From a bacterium (GTDB taxonomy: Bacteria; Krumholzibacteriota; Krumholzibacteriia; LZORAL124-64-63): DNA of 64,000 nucleotides. Both the position numbers and the translations under genes were made by a program. The DNA lies in assembly GCA_016706845.1 (NCBI GenBank), contig JADJIV010000002.1, forward strand, positions 102,307 through 166,306, read 5' to 3'. Shown piece after piece: positions 9,860 to 21,804 of the stretch; the stretch's first letter is position 1, and the number at the start of each line of letters is the position of its first letter. The notes below the pieces were generated by a model. It saw nothing but the letters and a program-made list of their open reading frames with translations. It was not told where the DNA came from and did no database searches.

Positions 9860-10689
9860 GCGGTCACTTCCAGGTAGAGTTCGCGGTAGCGGCGGGCCTG
9901 CGCCGCGAGCGCCGCGAAGCGCGCGAAGGGCAGCTGGCAGCCGGCGTCGCTCAGGGCGCGCGCCGGCTCGAAGTGCGTCTCGATGAACAGGGCGTCGGCG
10001 CCGGCGGCCAGGCCGCAGCGCATCAGCAGCGGGATCAGGTCGGGCGTACCGCCGGTGGCGCCGCCGGCGCTGCCCGGGGACTGCACCGAGTGGGTGGCGT
10101 CGAAGACCACCGGCAGGCCGAGGCGGTGCAGCGCGTCGTGGCCGCGGAAATCCACGACCAGGTCGCGGTAGCCGAAGAAGGAGCCGCGCTCGGTCGCCAG
10201 CACGCGGTCGCAGCCGGCGGCGCGCAGCTTCGCCGCCGCGTGCGCCATGTCGGCCGGGGCGAGGAACTGCCCCTTCTTCACGTTCACCGCGCGGCCCGTG
10301 CGGCCCGCGGCCTCCAGCAGCGAGGTCTGGCGGCAGAGGAAGGCCGGGATCTGCAGGATGTCCGCGACCTCGGCGACGGCCGCCGTCTCCCCGGGGTGGT
10401 GGACGTCGGTGACCACGGGCACGCCGTGGGCGTCCTTGATGCGCTGCAGCAGCCGCAGCCCCTCCTGCGGGCCCGGCCCGCGGAAGGAGTCGCCGCTGGT
10501 GCGGTTGTCCTTGGTGTAACTGGCTTTGAAGACGTAGGGCAGGCCCAGCCGGCGGCAGACCGCCGCGATCTCGCCGGACAGCCGCAGCATCTCGTCGGCC
10601 GCCTCCAGCACGCAGGGCCCGGCCATGACCAGCAGGGGCTCGCCCGGCCCGACCTTCAGTCCGCCGATCTCCACGACGCCCATGCGCAC
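9856..10689 (-). CDS. kdsA: 2-dehydro-3-deoxyphosphooctonate aldolase (Kdo-8-P synthase)
   Basis: ORF of 277 aa with full-length KdsA-like sequence (GPCVLE, FKASYTKDNRTS, FDATHSVQ). Confidence 0.95.
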   Translation of the reverse strand: MRMGVVEIGGLKVGPGEPLLVMAGPCVLEAADEMLRLSGEIAAVCRRLGLPYVFKASYTKDNRTSGDSFRGPGPQEGLRLLQRIKDAHGVPVVTDVHHPGETAAVAEVADILQIPAFLCRQTSLLEAAGRTGRAVNVKKGQFLAPADMAHAAAKLRAAGCDRVLATERGSFFGYRDLVVDFRGHDALHRLGLPVVFDATHSVQSPGSAGGATGGTPDLIPLLMRCGLAAGADALFIETHFEPARALSDAGCQLPFARFAALAAQARRYRELYLEVTA

Positions 10690-10692
10690 CTC

Positions 10693-12342
<1,650 letters not shown>

Positions 12343-12426
12343 GCGAGCCGTCCTTCCGTGGCGAGCCCGGCGCCCCGCGCGCCCGGCCGATCCTAAACCC
12401 TGGACCCCGCGCGCGGAAGCGCGGGT

Positions 12427-13182
12427 TTAGCGCGGGCTCCCCCACGCGGCGCGCACCCGCTCGAGATCGGCGGGCGTGTCGACCCCGACGGCCCCCGCCG
12501 CGGTCCCGACCACGAGCACGCGCAGGCCGTGCTCGAGGGCGCGCAGCTGTTCCAGCCCCTCGGCGCGTTCGAGGTCCGAAGGGGGCAGTTCCAGGAAGCG
12601 CCGCAGGGCGGCGGCGCGGTAGGCGTAGACGCCGACGTGGCGGCGCGCCAGCCGCCAGTCCGCCTCGCCGCCGGCGCCCGGATGCCCGCCCGGCAACGGG
12701 GCGCGGCTGAACCAGAGCGCCCGGCCGTCGGCGGCCGTCAGCACCTTGACCGCGTGGGGGTCCCGCCACTCCTCGGGCCCGCGAAACGGGTGGGCCAGGG
12801 TGGCGAGGTCCGCCAGGGGGTCGGCGCGCAGGGCCGCGACCAGGGAGTCGAGGGCGGCGGGATCGAGCAGGGGCTCGTCGCCCTGCAGGTTCACGACCAC
12901 CGCGGCGTCGTGGCGGGCGGCCACTTCGCCGACCCGGTCCGAACCGCAGGCGTGCTCCCCCGTCATCTCGGCGAGGTGCCCCGCGGCGCGCACCGCGTCG
13001 GCGATGCGGGCGTCGTCGGTGGCCACGATCACGCGGGTCGCGGTCGCCATGCGCGCGGCCAGGTCCGCGACGCGGACCACCAGCGGGCGGCCGGCCAGGT
13101 CGGCCAGCGCCTTGCCCGGGAACCGGCTCGAGCCCCAGCGGGCCGGGATCACCACCAGCACGTCGCCATGCGGGACCTCCAC
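12427..13182 (-). CDS. kdsB: 3-deoxy-manno-octulosonate cytidylyltransferase (CMP-Kdo synthetase)
   Basis: ORF of 251 aa with VIPARWGSSRFPGKALADLAGRP and NLQGDEPL motifs. Confidence 0.9.
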   Translation of the reverse strand: MEVPHGDVLVVIPARWGSSRFPGKALADLAGRPLVVRVADLAARMATATRVIVATDDARIADAVRAAGHLAEMTGEHACGSDRVGEVAARHDAAVVVNLQGDEPLLDPAALDSLVAALRADPLADLATLAHPFRGPEEWRDPHAVKVLTAADGRALWFSRAPLPGGHPGAGGEADWRLARRHVGVYAYRAAALRRFLELPPSDLERAEGLEQLRALEHGLRVLVVGTAAGAVGVDTPADLERVRAAWGSPR

Positions 13183-13241
13183 AAAAGAGGAAACCCACCC
13201 CCCGTCAGGGGTGGGTCCCCGGAACCTCGTCGCACCGGCGA

Positions 13242-13496
13242 TCAGGCCGGCTGGACACTGACCTTCTTGCGGGTCTTGTCGTAGCGGCCGTAGACCACCA
13301 CGCCGTCGGTCAGGGCGAACAGCGTGTCGTCGCGGCCGATGCCCACGTTCGTGCCCGGGTGGATCTTGGTGCCGCGCTGGCGGACCAGGATCGTGCCCGC
13401 GGTGACCGTCTGGCCGCCGAAGCGCTTCACGCCGAGGCGCTGCGCGTTGCTGTCGCGTCCGTTGCGGGAACTGCCTACACCCTTTTTATGCGCCAT
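13242..13496 (-). CDS. rpmA: 50S ribosomal protein L27
   Basis: ORF of 84 aa beginning [29 protein letters not shown]. Confidence 0.97.
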   Translation of the reverse strand: MAHKKGVGSSRNGRDSNAQRLGVKRFGGQTVTAGTILVRQRGTKIHPGTNVGIGRDDTLFALTDGVVVYGRYDKTRKKVSVQPA

Positions 13497-13520
13497 GACG
13501 CGCTCCTCTCTCTGGCCGCG

Positions 13521-13832
13521 CTAGGCGGTGATGCCCGTGATGCGGATCTCGGTGAACGCCTGGCGGTGGCCGCGGTTGCGGCGGTAGTTCTGGCGCTTCT
13601 TCTTCTTGAAGACGTGGACCTTGTCGGCCAGGCCGTGGCCCACGATCTCGGCGGTCACCGCGGCGCCGGCCACCCGGGGCGCGCCGATGGTCGTCTGCGC
13701 GCCGTCGTTCAGCAGCAGGACCTCGTCGAAGGTGAGCTGGTCCCCGGCGTTGCCGTCGATCAGGGGGACCCGGACCTTGTGGTCGGTCTCGACCCGGAAC
13801 TGCAGGCTCTGGATGTTCACGATGGCGTACAT
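13521..13832 (-). CDS. rplU: 50S ribosomal protein L21
   Basis: C-terminal 103 aa of ORF 13521..15629, starting [14 protein letters not shown] and ending [26 protein letters not shown]. Confidence 0.95.
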   Translation of the reverse strand: MYAIVNIQSLQFRVETDHKVRVPLIDGNAGDQLTFDEVLLLNDGAQTTIGAPRVAGAAVTAEIVGHGLADKVHVFKKKKRQNYRRNRGHRQAFTEIRITGITA

Positions 13833-13964
13833 GGTCGTTCTCCACGCATTCAGGCGGAACCGGAGCGACGGGCGCGCCGGGTCCGCGAAGTGTGACCGGC
13901 GGCTCGTCCCTCGGGCCCGCCGGCTCGTCGCGGCGGGATCGCGTGATCCCGGCCGGAATTGCGC

Positions 13965-13994
13965 ATGATAAGCTCCGGGGGCCTCCCCTGTCAA
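13965..13994 (-). promoter_or_regulatory. Sigma-70-like promoter for rplU-rpmA
   Basis: On the minus strand: TTGACA, an 18-nt spacer, then TATCAT. It lies about 130 nt upstream of the rplU ATG. Confidence 0.4.
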
Positions 13995-14125
13995 GGCCGC
14001 GGGTCCGGTTTTCGGCCCCGGGAGATCCTCGGGGGCGGTCTCGGCTGTTAAAATTATCCCCGGCAAGGAGGAGGCGAGGCTGCGGGGCCCCGCCTCCCGT
14101 CTCGACTCGACCCCAGGGAAGAGAC

Positions 14126-15532
<1,407 letters not shown>

Positions 15533-15817
15533 TTCCGATCCCCTTCCAGCAGCTTCGTGGGTGCACAATCTGTGGATGCCCGCAGACCGGTGGTTGATGG
15601 CGAGGTACCATCGACCCGAACGCCTCCACACGAACACTGGCGAGGTCTCACGAGCATAGACGGGCGCGAGCGGTCAAAGCAAGCACAATGCGAGGCAAGC
15701 ACGATGACCGGCCGCGTCGTCCGCCGGGGCCCGTTGACAGGATCCGGGTTCGGATATAGAAATGAGGGGCCCGCACGCTCCCCCTGCGACCCCAGCCACG
15801 TCCCGACGGAGGCCAAG

Positions 15818-16756
15818 ATGACCCCGCAGACCCACCGCGCGATCGTGATCGGTTCCGGCCCGGCCGGCTTCACGGCGGCCCTCTACCTCAGCCGCGCCAA
15901 CATCCCGCCCCTGGTCTTCGAGGGCACCCAGCCGGGCGGCCAGCTGACGATCACGACCGAGGTCGAGAACTTCCCCGGCTTTCCCGAGGGGATCCAGGGT
16001 CCCGAGCTCACCGACCGGTTCCGCGAGCAGGCCAAGCGCTTCGGCGCCGAGATCGTCAGCCGCACCGTGTCGTCGGTGGATCTCTCGGCGCGCCCCTTCC
16101 GGGTCGTCGCCGACGGCGAGGACTACCTGGCCCAGGCCCTGATCATCGCGACCGGCTCGTCGGCGCGCTGGCTCGGCCTGCCCGAGGAGGAGAGCTTCCA
16201 CGGCAAGGGCCTGAGCGCCTGCGCCACCTGTGACGGCTTCTTCTTCCGCGGCCAGGAGATCGCCGTGGTCGGCGGCGGCGACACCGCGCTGGAGGAGGCC
16301 ATCTTCCTGACCAACTTCGCCACGAAGGTGACGGTCGTGCACCGGCGCGACGAGCTGCGCGGGAGCAAGATCATGGCCGACCGCGCCCTCAAGCACCCGA
16401 AGATCGCCTTCGCCTGGAACAAGACGGTCAAGCGGATGGTCGGCGGCGACAACGGCCTGCTGCAGAAGCTGGTCCTGGCCGACACCAAGGGCGGACCGGA
16501 CGCCGAGCTCGCGGTCACCGGCTGCTTCATCGCGATCGGCCACGTCCCCAACGCCGCGTTCCTGGCCGGCCAGCTCCCCACCGACGCGCAGGGCTACCTG
16601 ATCACCAAGCCAAACGTCACCGCCACCGGGGTCGAGGGCGTCTGGGCCTGCGGCGACGTCCAGGACCACGTCTACCGCCAGGCCATCACCGCCGCCGGCA
16701 GCGGCTGCATGGCCGCCATCGAGTGCGAACGCTGGCTCGGCGAGCACGGCCTCTAG
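15818..16756 (+). CDS. trxB: Thioredoxin-disulfide reductase
   Basis: C-terminal 312 aa of ORF 13892..16756. The ATG at 15818 is preceded by GGAGG. It has GSGPAGFTAA, a redox-active CATCDG, and GGGDTALEEA. Confidence 0.95.
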   Translation: MTPQTHRAIVIGSGPAGFTAALYLSRANIPPLVFEGTQPGGQLTITTEVENFPGFPEGIQGPELTDRFREQAKRFGAEIVSRTVSSVDLSARPFRVVADGEDYLAQALIIATGSSARWLGLPEEESFHGKGLSACATCDGFFFRGQEIAVVGGGDTALEEAIFLTNFATKVTVVHRRDELRGSKIMADRALKHPKIAFAWNKTVKRMVGGDNGLLQKLVLADTKGGPDAELAVTGCFIAIGHVPNAAFLAGQLPTDAQGYLITKPNVTATGVEGVWACGDVQDHVYRQAITAAGSGCMAAIECERWLGEHGL

Positions 16757-16775
16757 CCAGTGAAGCGGCGTAGTC

Positions 16776-16912
16776 AGGCACATCGGGTCGCGCCGCGGGC
16801 GGCGTGTCCGGAGCGAGCCGAAAACGAAGCAAGAGGACCGGCCCCGGGGCCGGTCCTTCTGCTTTGGTCGAGGCGAGCGCAGGCGCCGCCCGCGGCGCGG
16901 CCCGATGTGCCT
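16776..16912. repeat. 137-nt long palindromic element between convergent trxB and folE
   Basis: The arms 16776-16804 and 16884-16912 are reverse complements (28/29). They enclose a perfect 24-nt palindrome at 16834-16857. The right arm abuts and overlaps the folE stop codon. Confidence 0.7.
16834..16857. terminator. Probable bidirectional intrinsic terminator hairpin
   Basis: AGGACCGGCCCCGGGGCCGGTCCT is a perfect palindrome. It is flanked by an A-rich run upstream (GAAAACGAAGCAAG) and TCTGCTTTGG downstream. Confidence 0.5.
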
Positions 16913-17465
16913 AGTTCCAGGGCTTCTCCTGGATGAGGGTCAGGAATTCGCTCCTGGTCTTGGAGTCGTCCTTGAAGACGCCCACCATCTCGCTGGTCAC
17001 CGCGAAGGAGTTCTGGCGCTTGATGCCGCGCATCATCATGCACAGGTGCTGGGCGTGCAGGACCACGGCCACGCCCTGGGCGTCGAGGTTGCGCTGGAGG
17101 CAGTGGGCGATCTGCGAGGTCATCCGCTCCTGGACCTGCAATCTGCGCGAGTAGGCCTCGACCACCCGCGCGATCTTGGACAGGCCGACGATCTTGCTGC
17201 CGGGGATGTAGGCCACGTGCGCCTTGCCGAAGAACGGCAGCAGGTGGTGCTCGCACATGCTGAAGAAGTCGATGTCGTTGATCACGATCATCTCGTGGCC
17301 CTCGGCTTCGAACAGGGCCTGGCGCACCATGGCGTCGGGGTCCTGGTGGTAGCCGTCGGTGATCTCGATCCAGGCTTTCGCCACGCGCTCGGGGGTCTTC
17401 AGCAGCCCCTCGCGCTGCGGGTCTTCGCCGATGTTTTCCAGGATGCCACGGATCAGCGCTTCCAT
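16911..17465 (-). CDS. folE: GTP cyclohydrolase I
   Basis: C-terminal 184 aa of ORF 16911..17792, from [32 protein letters not shown]. The zinc site is [12 protein letters not shown]. Confidence 0.93.
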   Translation of the reverse strand: MEALIRGILENIGEDPQREGLLKTPERVAKAWIEITDGYHQDPDAMVRQALFEAEGHEMIVINDIDFFSMCEHHLLPFFGKAHVAYIPGSKIVGLSKIARVVEAYSRRLQVQERMTSQIAHCLQRNLDAQGVAVVLHAQHLCMMMRGIKRQNSFAVTSEMVGVFKDDSKTRSEFLTLIQEKPWN

Positions 17466-17826
17466 GCCCGTCGTCCCTTCTGCAGAGTGCGCGCGGCGTC
17501 GCGGGCCGCATCGGCGGGGCGACCGCCGCGTCCGGCCCACGATACGTGCAAGCCCGACGGGGGTCAAGGCGGCGCGCCCCCGCCGCGGACGGGCACGTCG
17601 CTTGCACCCGTGAACCTTGCAGATCCCCAGACCCGGCGGAAGGGTCGCGTCCGACCACCGGACGACAGGCACGTCGGCGCACGTCCCGGAGACCGTCCCC
17701 CCCCAAGACGGGCGGGCGCACCCGGTGCAGGAAACGGCCCTTCCGCCGTCCACTTCACAGCCCCGCTCCAGCGTTCCGGCCTTCATTTTCAAGTCGTTCC
17801 ACGGCTCCGGTCATGCCGAATGCACC

Positions 17827-17856
17827 TTGATTTCACAAGGCGGCGGCGGCTTATTT
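17827..17856 (+). promoter_or_regulatory. Sigma-70-like promoter candidate for the nfnAB-like operon
   Basis: TTGATT, an 18-nt spacer, then TTATTT, about 80 nt upstream of the GTG start at 17937 (RBS AAGGAGAGGG). Confidence 0.3.
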
Positions 17857-17936
17857 GATCCCAGACCCTCGATCCGGGAGTCGCCCGCACTTCGATCGCG
17901 ACTCCCGCAGCACGCGCACTGAAGGAGAGGGACGCC

Positions 17937-18815
17937 GTGGCCAACCAGATCGTCGCCGCCAGGCTCCTGGCCGAGAAGACCATGCTGTTCGAGATCGAGG
18001 CCGAGCACATCGCCCAGCGCGGGCGCGCCGGGCAGTTCGTCATCCTGCGCGTCAGCGATCAGGGCGAACGCATCCCGCTGACCATCGCGCACCGCGACGT
18101 CGCCAAGGGGACCATCACCATCGTCGCGCAGGAGGTCGGCAAGACCACGCGCGACCTCAACGCGCTGAAGGCCGGCGACGCCATCCTCGACCTGGCCGGG
18201 CCCCTGGGCCGGGCGACGACCATCCCGGAGGGCGGCAAGACCGTGGTCTGCGTCGGCGGCGGCATCGGCAACGCCGTGGTCTGGCCCATGGCGACCGCGA
18301 TGAAGGAAGCCGGCAACCGGGTCATCGCCATCCTCGGCGCCCGCACGAAGGACCTGCTCATCCTCGAGGACGAGGTGCGCGCGGTCAGCGACCAGGTGAT
18401 CGTCACCACCGACGACGGCAGCTACGGCCGCAAGGGCCTGGTCACCGAGGCGCTGCAGGGCCTCATCGACGAGGGCCTGAAGATCGACGAGTGCATCACC
18501 ATCGGCCCGGTGATCATGATGAAGTTCGTCTGCAAGACCACCCAGCCCCACGGCATCAAGACGCTGGCCTCGCTCAACCCGATCATGGTCGACGGCACCG
18601 GGATGTGCGGCGCCTGCCGCGTGACGGTGGGCGGCGAGACGCGCTTCGCCTGCGTCGAGGGCCCCGAGTTCGACGGCCACCTGACCGACTTCGACGAGCT
18701 GATGAAGCGCCTCGCCTACTACAAGCCCGAGGAGGCCCGCTCCCTCGAGCGCGCCGAGCACGCTTGCCGCCTGCAGCAGGCAGCGGACCAGTTACTCGCC
18801 GAGCGCGACCGCTAG
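17937..18815 (+). CDS. Ferredoxin-NADP+ reductase-like subunit (NfnA/SudB, PyrK family) with a C-terminal 2Fe-2S site
   Basis: ORF of 292 aa. It has an FAD/NAD-binding fold (RIPLTIA, VCVGGGIGNA) and the cluster motif DGTGMCGACRV...FACVEGPEF. Confidence 0.8.
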   Translation: MANQIVAARLLAEKTMLFEIEAEHIAQRGRAGQFVILRVSDQGERIPLTIAHRDVAKGTITIVAQEVGKTTRDLNALKAGDAILDLAGPLGRATTIPEGGKTVVCVGGGIGNAVVWPMATAMKEAGNRVIAILGARTKDLLILEDEVRAVSDQVIVTTDDGSYGRKGLVTEALQGLIDEGLKIDECITIGPVIMMKFVCKTTQPHGIKTLASLNPIMVDGTGMCGACRVTVGGETRFACVEGPEFDGHLTDFDELMKRLAYYKPEEARSLERAEHACRLQQAADQLLAERDR

Positions 18816-18831
18816 GAAGGGGGCCCGGATC

Positions 18832-20280
18832 ATGGCGGAGACGGACAAGCCCAGCTACAAGTTCAACAAGTCCAAGACCAAGGTCCCGATGCGGGAGCAG
18901 AAGCCCGAGGACCGGATCTTCAACTTCGAGGAAGTGCCGCTCGGCTACACCGAGGAAGAGGCGACCTGCGAGGGGCAGCGCTGCATCCAGTGCCGGGACA
19001 AGCCCTGCGTGAGCGGCTGCCCCGTGGGCGTGGACATCCCCGCCTTCATGCGCCTGGTCGGCGAGGGCCAGTACGAGGACGCCCTGCGCAAGATCAAGGA
19101 GACGAACTTCCTGCCGGCGATCTGCGGCCGCGTCTGCCCGCAGGAGGACCAGTGCGAACTGGTCTGCAACCTGAACAAGCCGCAGCAGGAGCGCCAGCCG
19201 GGCGGCGTGGGCCGCGTCGAGCGCTTCCTCGGCGACTACGCCATGGAGCACGGGCTGAACGTGACCCCGCAGTGCGACTCGCCCACCGGCAAGAAGGTCG
19301 CCATCATCGGCTCCGGCCCCGCCGGCCTGACCGCCGCCAGCGACCTCTGCCAGCGCGGCCACGACGTGACGGTCTTCGAGGCCCTGCACAAGCCCGGCGG
19401 CGTGCTGTTCTACGGCATCCCCGAGTTCCGCATGCCCAAGGCGATCCTGGTGCGGGAGATCGACGGGCTGCGCCAGATGGGCGTGAAGTTCGTGATGAAC
19501 TACCCGGTCGGCAAGGCCGAGCCGCTCCAGTCGATCCGCGACCGCTTCGACGCCACGTTCATCGCCACCGGCGCCGGCCTGCCCTGGTTCCTGAACATCC
19601 CGGGCGAGAACCTCAACGGCGTGTACTCGGCCAACGAGTTCCTCACGCGCGTGAACCTGATGGGCGCCTGGCGCTTTCCCGAGACCGACACGCCGGTCAA
19701 GGCCATCAAGCGCATCGCGGTCATCGGCGCCGGCAACACGGCCATGGACTCGGCCCGCACCTCGAAGCGCCTGCGGCCGAAGAAGGTCTACCTGATCTAC
19801 CGGCGCAGCCGCCTGGAGATGCCCGCCCGCGCGGAGGAGATCCACCACGCGGAGGAGGAAGGCATCGAGTTCAACCTGCTCCACGCCCCGCTGCGGATCA
19901 TCGACGACGGCACCGGCGCGGTCTGCGGCATCGAGTGCCAGGAGATGGAACTGGGCGAGCCCGACGCCAGCGGGCGCCGGCGCCCCGTGCCCATCGAGGG
20001 CAAGACGAAGATCTTCGAGGTCGACACCGTGGTGATCGCCACCGGCCAGGGGCCCAACCCCCTGCTGACCGCCGACGTGCCCGAGCTGAAGCGCGACGCG
20101 CGCAAGGGCACGATCATCGTCGACGAGAAGACCATGCAGTCGGTGACCTGGCCCGACGTCTTCGCCGGCGGCGACATCGTCACCGGCGGCGCCACGGTGA
20201 TCCTGGCCATGGGCGCCGGGCGGATGGCGGCCAATGCGATGCACGACTTCCTCATGACCGGCAGCACTCAACCGGCCTGA
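18832..20280 (+). CDS. NADPH-dependent glutamate-synthase small-subunit homologue (NfnB/SudA/GltD family)
   Basis: ORF of 482 aa with N-terminal Fe-S Cys motifs (CIQCRDKPCVSGCP, CGRVCPQEDQCE), then VAIIGSGPAGLTAA and a second Rossmann motif VIGAGNTAMD. Confidence 0.85.
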   Translation: MAETDKPSYKFNKSKTKVPMREQKPEDRIFNFEEVPLGYTEEEATCEGQRCIQCRDKPCVSGCPVGVDIPAFMRLVGEGQYEDALRKIKETNFLPAICGRVCPQEDQCELVCNLNKPQQERQPGGVGRVERFLGDYAMEHGLNVTPQCDSPTGKKVAIIGSGPAGLTAASDLCQRGHDVTVFEALHKPGGVLFYGIPEFRMPKAILVREIDGLRQMGVKFVMNYPVGKAEPLQSIRDRFDATFIATGAGLPWFLNIPGENLNGVYSANEFLTRVNLMGAWRFPETDTPVKAIKRIAVIGAGNTAMDSARTSKRLRPKKVYLIYRRSRLEMPARAEEIHHAEEEGIEFNLLHAPLRIIDDGTGAVCGIECQEMELGEPDASGRRRPVPIEGKTKIFEVDTVVIATGQGPNPLLTADVPELKRDARKGTIIVDEKTMQSVTWPDVFAGGDIVTGGATVILAMGAGRMAANAMHDFLMTGSTQPA

Positions 20281-20406
20281 GCATACGCACGTGACAGGGG
20301 ACGCGCTCCGGGCACCTCGTGTGCCCGGAGCGCTGGCTTTCGGCCACCTGCGCCCTCCTGGCGCAGGCGGCCTGCAGACACCCCTGTCACGTGCGTATGC
20401 TCAGGC
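20275..20406. repeat. MITE/REP-like palindromic element, copy A (132 nt)
   Basis: It has perfect 26-nt terminal inverted repeats (20275-20300 and 20381-20406); the left one includes the nfnB-like stop codon. An internal 13-bp-stem hairpin is GCGCTCCGGGCAC-ctcgt-GTGCCCGGAGCGC, and there is a second imperfect hairpin. Confidence 0.75.
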
Positions 20407-20469
20407 TCTGCACATGGCGGTGGGGCCGGCCACGGCCTCGTCCCTGCCATCTCCTCGATGCTGTTCGAC

Positions 20470-20610
20470 TCGGGTCCGCACATCCTGCCGTGACAGGGGT
20501 GTCCTGGAGGCCCTGGAGCCAGGATGGCGGAAGGGCCGGAAGGTCAAGCGCTCCGGGCACACGAGGTGCCCGGAGCGCGTCCCCTGTCACGGCAGGATGT
20601 GTGGATCCGA
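20470..20610. repeat. MITE/REP-like palindromic element, copy B (141 nt), inverted relative to copy A
   Basis: It has 30-nt terminal inverted repeats (20470-20499 and 20581-20610, 28/30). Its core 20548-20590 is the exact reverse complement (43/43) of 20291-20333 in copy A. Confidence 0.75.
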
Positions 20611-20667
20611 GTCGCATCACATCGAGGGGTATGGCTGGGATCGAGGTCGTGACCGGAACAACCGAGA

Positions 20668-21280
20668 TCAGCGGCCACCAAGCAGAGCCCGCGCCTGGTC
20701 CGCGATGATGCGCGGGTAGAGCTCGCACTCGGCGACGAACACGCGGGCGGCGAGGGTCTCGGGGTGTCGCCGGGCAGGACGGGGACGCGCAGCTGGCCGA
20801 GGATCTCGCCGGCGTCGTAGACGTCGCTGACGCGGTGGACGGTGCAGCCGGACTCGCGGTCGCCGGCGGCCAGCACGGACTCGTGGACGTAGTGGCCCAC
20901 ATGCCGCGGCCGCCGTGGCGCGGCAGCAGGGCGGGGTGGATGTTCAGCACCGGGCCGTCGAGCCACACGGGTGTCTGGTAGTGGCAGAGGTAGCCGGCCA
21001 GCACGATCATCCGCGGCGCGAAGGGGGCCAGCCAGGCGTTGATGGCGGCGTTGTGGGCGCCGGCATCGGGGTGGTCCCGGCGGCGGATCACGGCGCACGG
21101 CAGGCCGGCGGCGCGGGCGACCTCGACCCCGCGCACATCGGCGCGGCTCGCGACCACCGCGACGACCGCAACCGGGACCTCCCCGGACCGGATCTTCACC
21201 AGCAGGTTCTCCAGCGTGCGGCCGCTGCCCGACAGCAGCACGGCCACGGGCAGCGGGGTGGGCGCGGCGGGTCCGCTCAC
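20668..21280 (-). CDS. purN: Phosphoribosylglycinamide formyltransferase, with two apparent 1-nt deletions
   Basis: The sequence [15 protein letters not shown]...[17 protein letters not shown] continues as [46 protein letters not shown], then as [30 protein letters not shown]. These three stretches are in three different frames. The switches are at CCC 20896-20898 and GGGG 20761-20764. The span is 613 nt. Confidence 0.8.
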
Positions 21281-21804
21281 CGCCGCGCCTCGCGGTCGGC
21301 GGCGACGAGCGCGGCCAGCACCCGGCGGTGCGACGAGAAGGCGATGGGGCCGGGCGGCGCGTCCGGAGGCCAGAAGCCGACGGCGGCGGCGTCGTCGCCC
21401 GCCTGCAACTCGCCTCCCAGCTCGGTGGCGGCGTAGACGATCAGGATCACCGGTCGGTCCGGCGGCAGCACGCCCTGGTGGACGGCCAGCAGGCCGTCGA
21501 TGCGCACGTCCAGGCCGGTCTCCTCGCGCGTCTCGCGGCGGGCGGCCTCGTCCGGCGCCTCGTCGTACTCGATAAAGCCGGCGGGCAGGGTCCACTCCCC
21601 GGCCTTGGGCGCGAACTTCCTCTGCACCAGGCACACGAGATTCCCGCGGCGGATCACGGTCGCCGCGGCCGGCGACGGATTGAGGTACTGCACGAACCCG
21701 CAGCCGGAACAGACCGGCCGGACAACACCTCCCTCGTCGGTGGTGTCCATGGGCGTGCGGCAGCGCGGGCAGAAGGCGAAGGCGTGGCGCAGCGGGTCGC
21801 TCAT
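21277..21804 (-). CDS. NUDIX hydrolase with an N-terminal zinc ribbon
   Basis: C-terminal 175 aa of ORF 21277..23184. It has CPRC...CSGC and the Nudix box [22 protein letters not shown]. The start overlaps the lnt stop (ATGA). Confidence 0.8.
   Translation of the reverse strand: MSDPLRHAFAFCPRCRTPMDTTDEGGVVRPVCSGCGFVQYLNPSPAAATVIRRGNLVCLVQRKFAPKAGEWTLPAGFIEYDEAPDEAARRETREETGLDVRIDGLLAVHQGVLPPDRPVILIVYAATELGGELQAGDDAAAVGFWPPDAPPGPIAFSSHRRVLAALVAADREARR

Noticed and set aside
17697-17704. A C8 homopolymer in the folE/nfnA divergent intergenic region, considered as another phase-variation candidate.
   Set aside because: It is not positioned within any recognisable -35/-10 spacer, RBS or coding region. 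The better promoter candidates for both genes lie elsewhere.
20275-20610. Possible CRISPR array or small protein genes (ORFs 20291..20719, 20319..20708, 20268..20483) in the repeat region.
   Set aside because: There are only two repeat units, in inverted rather than direct orientation. They have internal hairpins and there are no cas genes.
The ORFs run through palindromes and have no coding-like composition or RBS.
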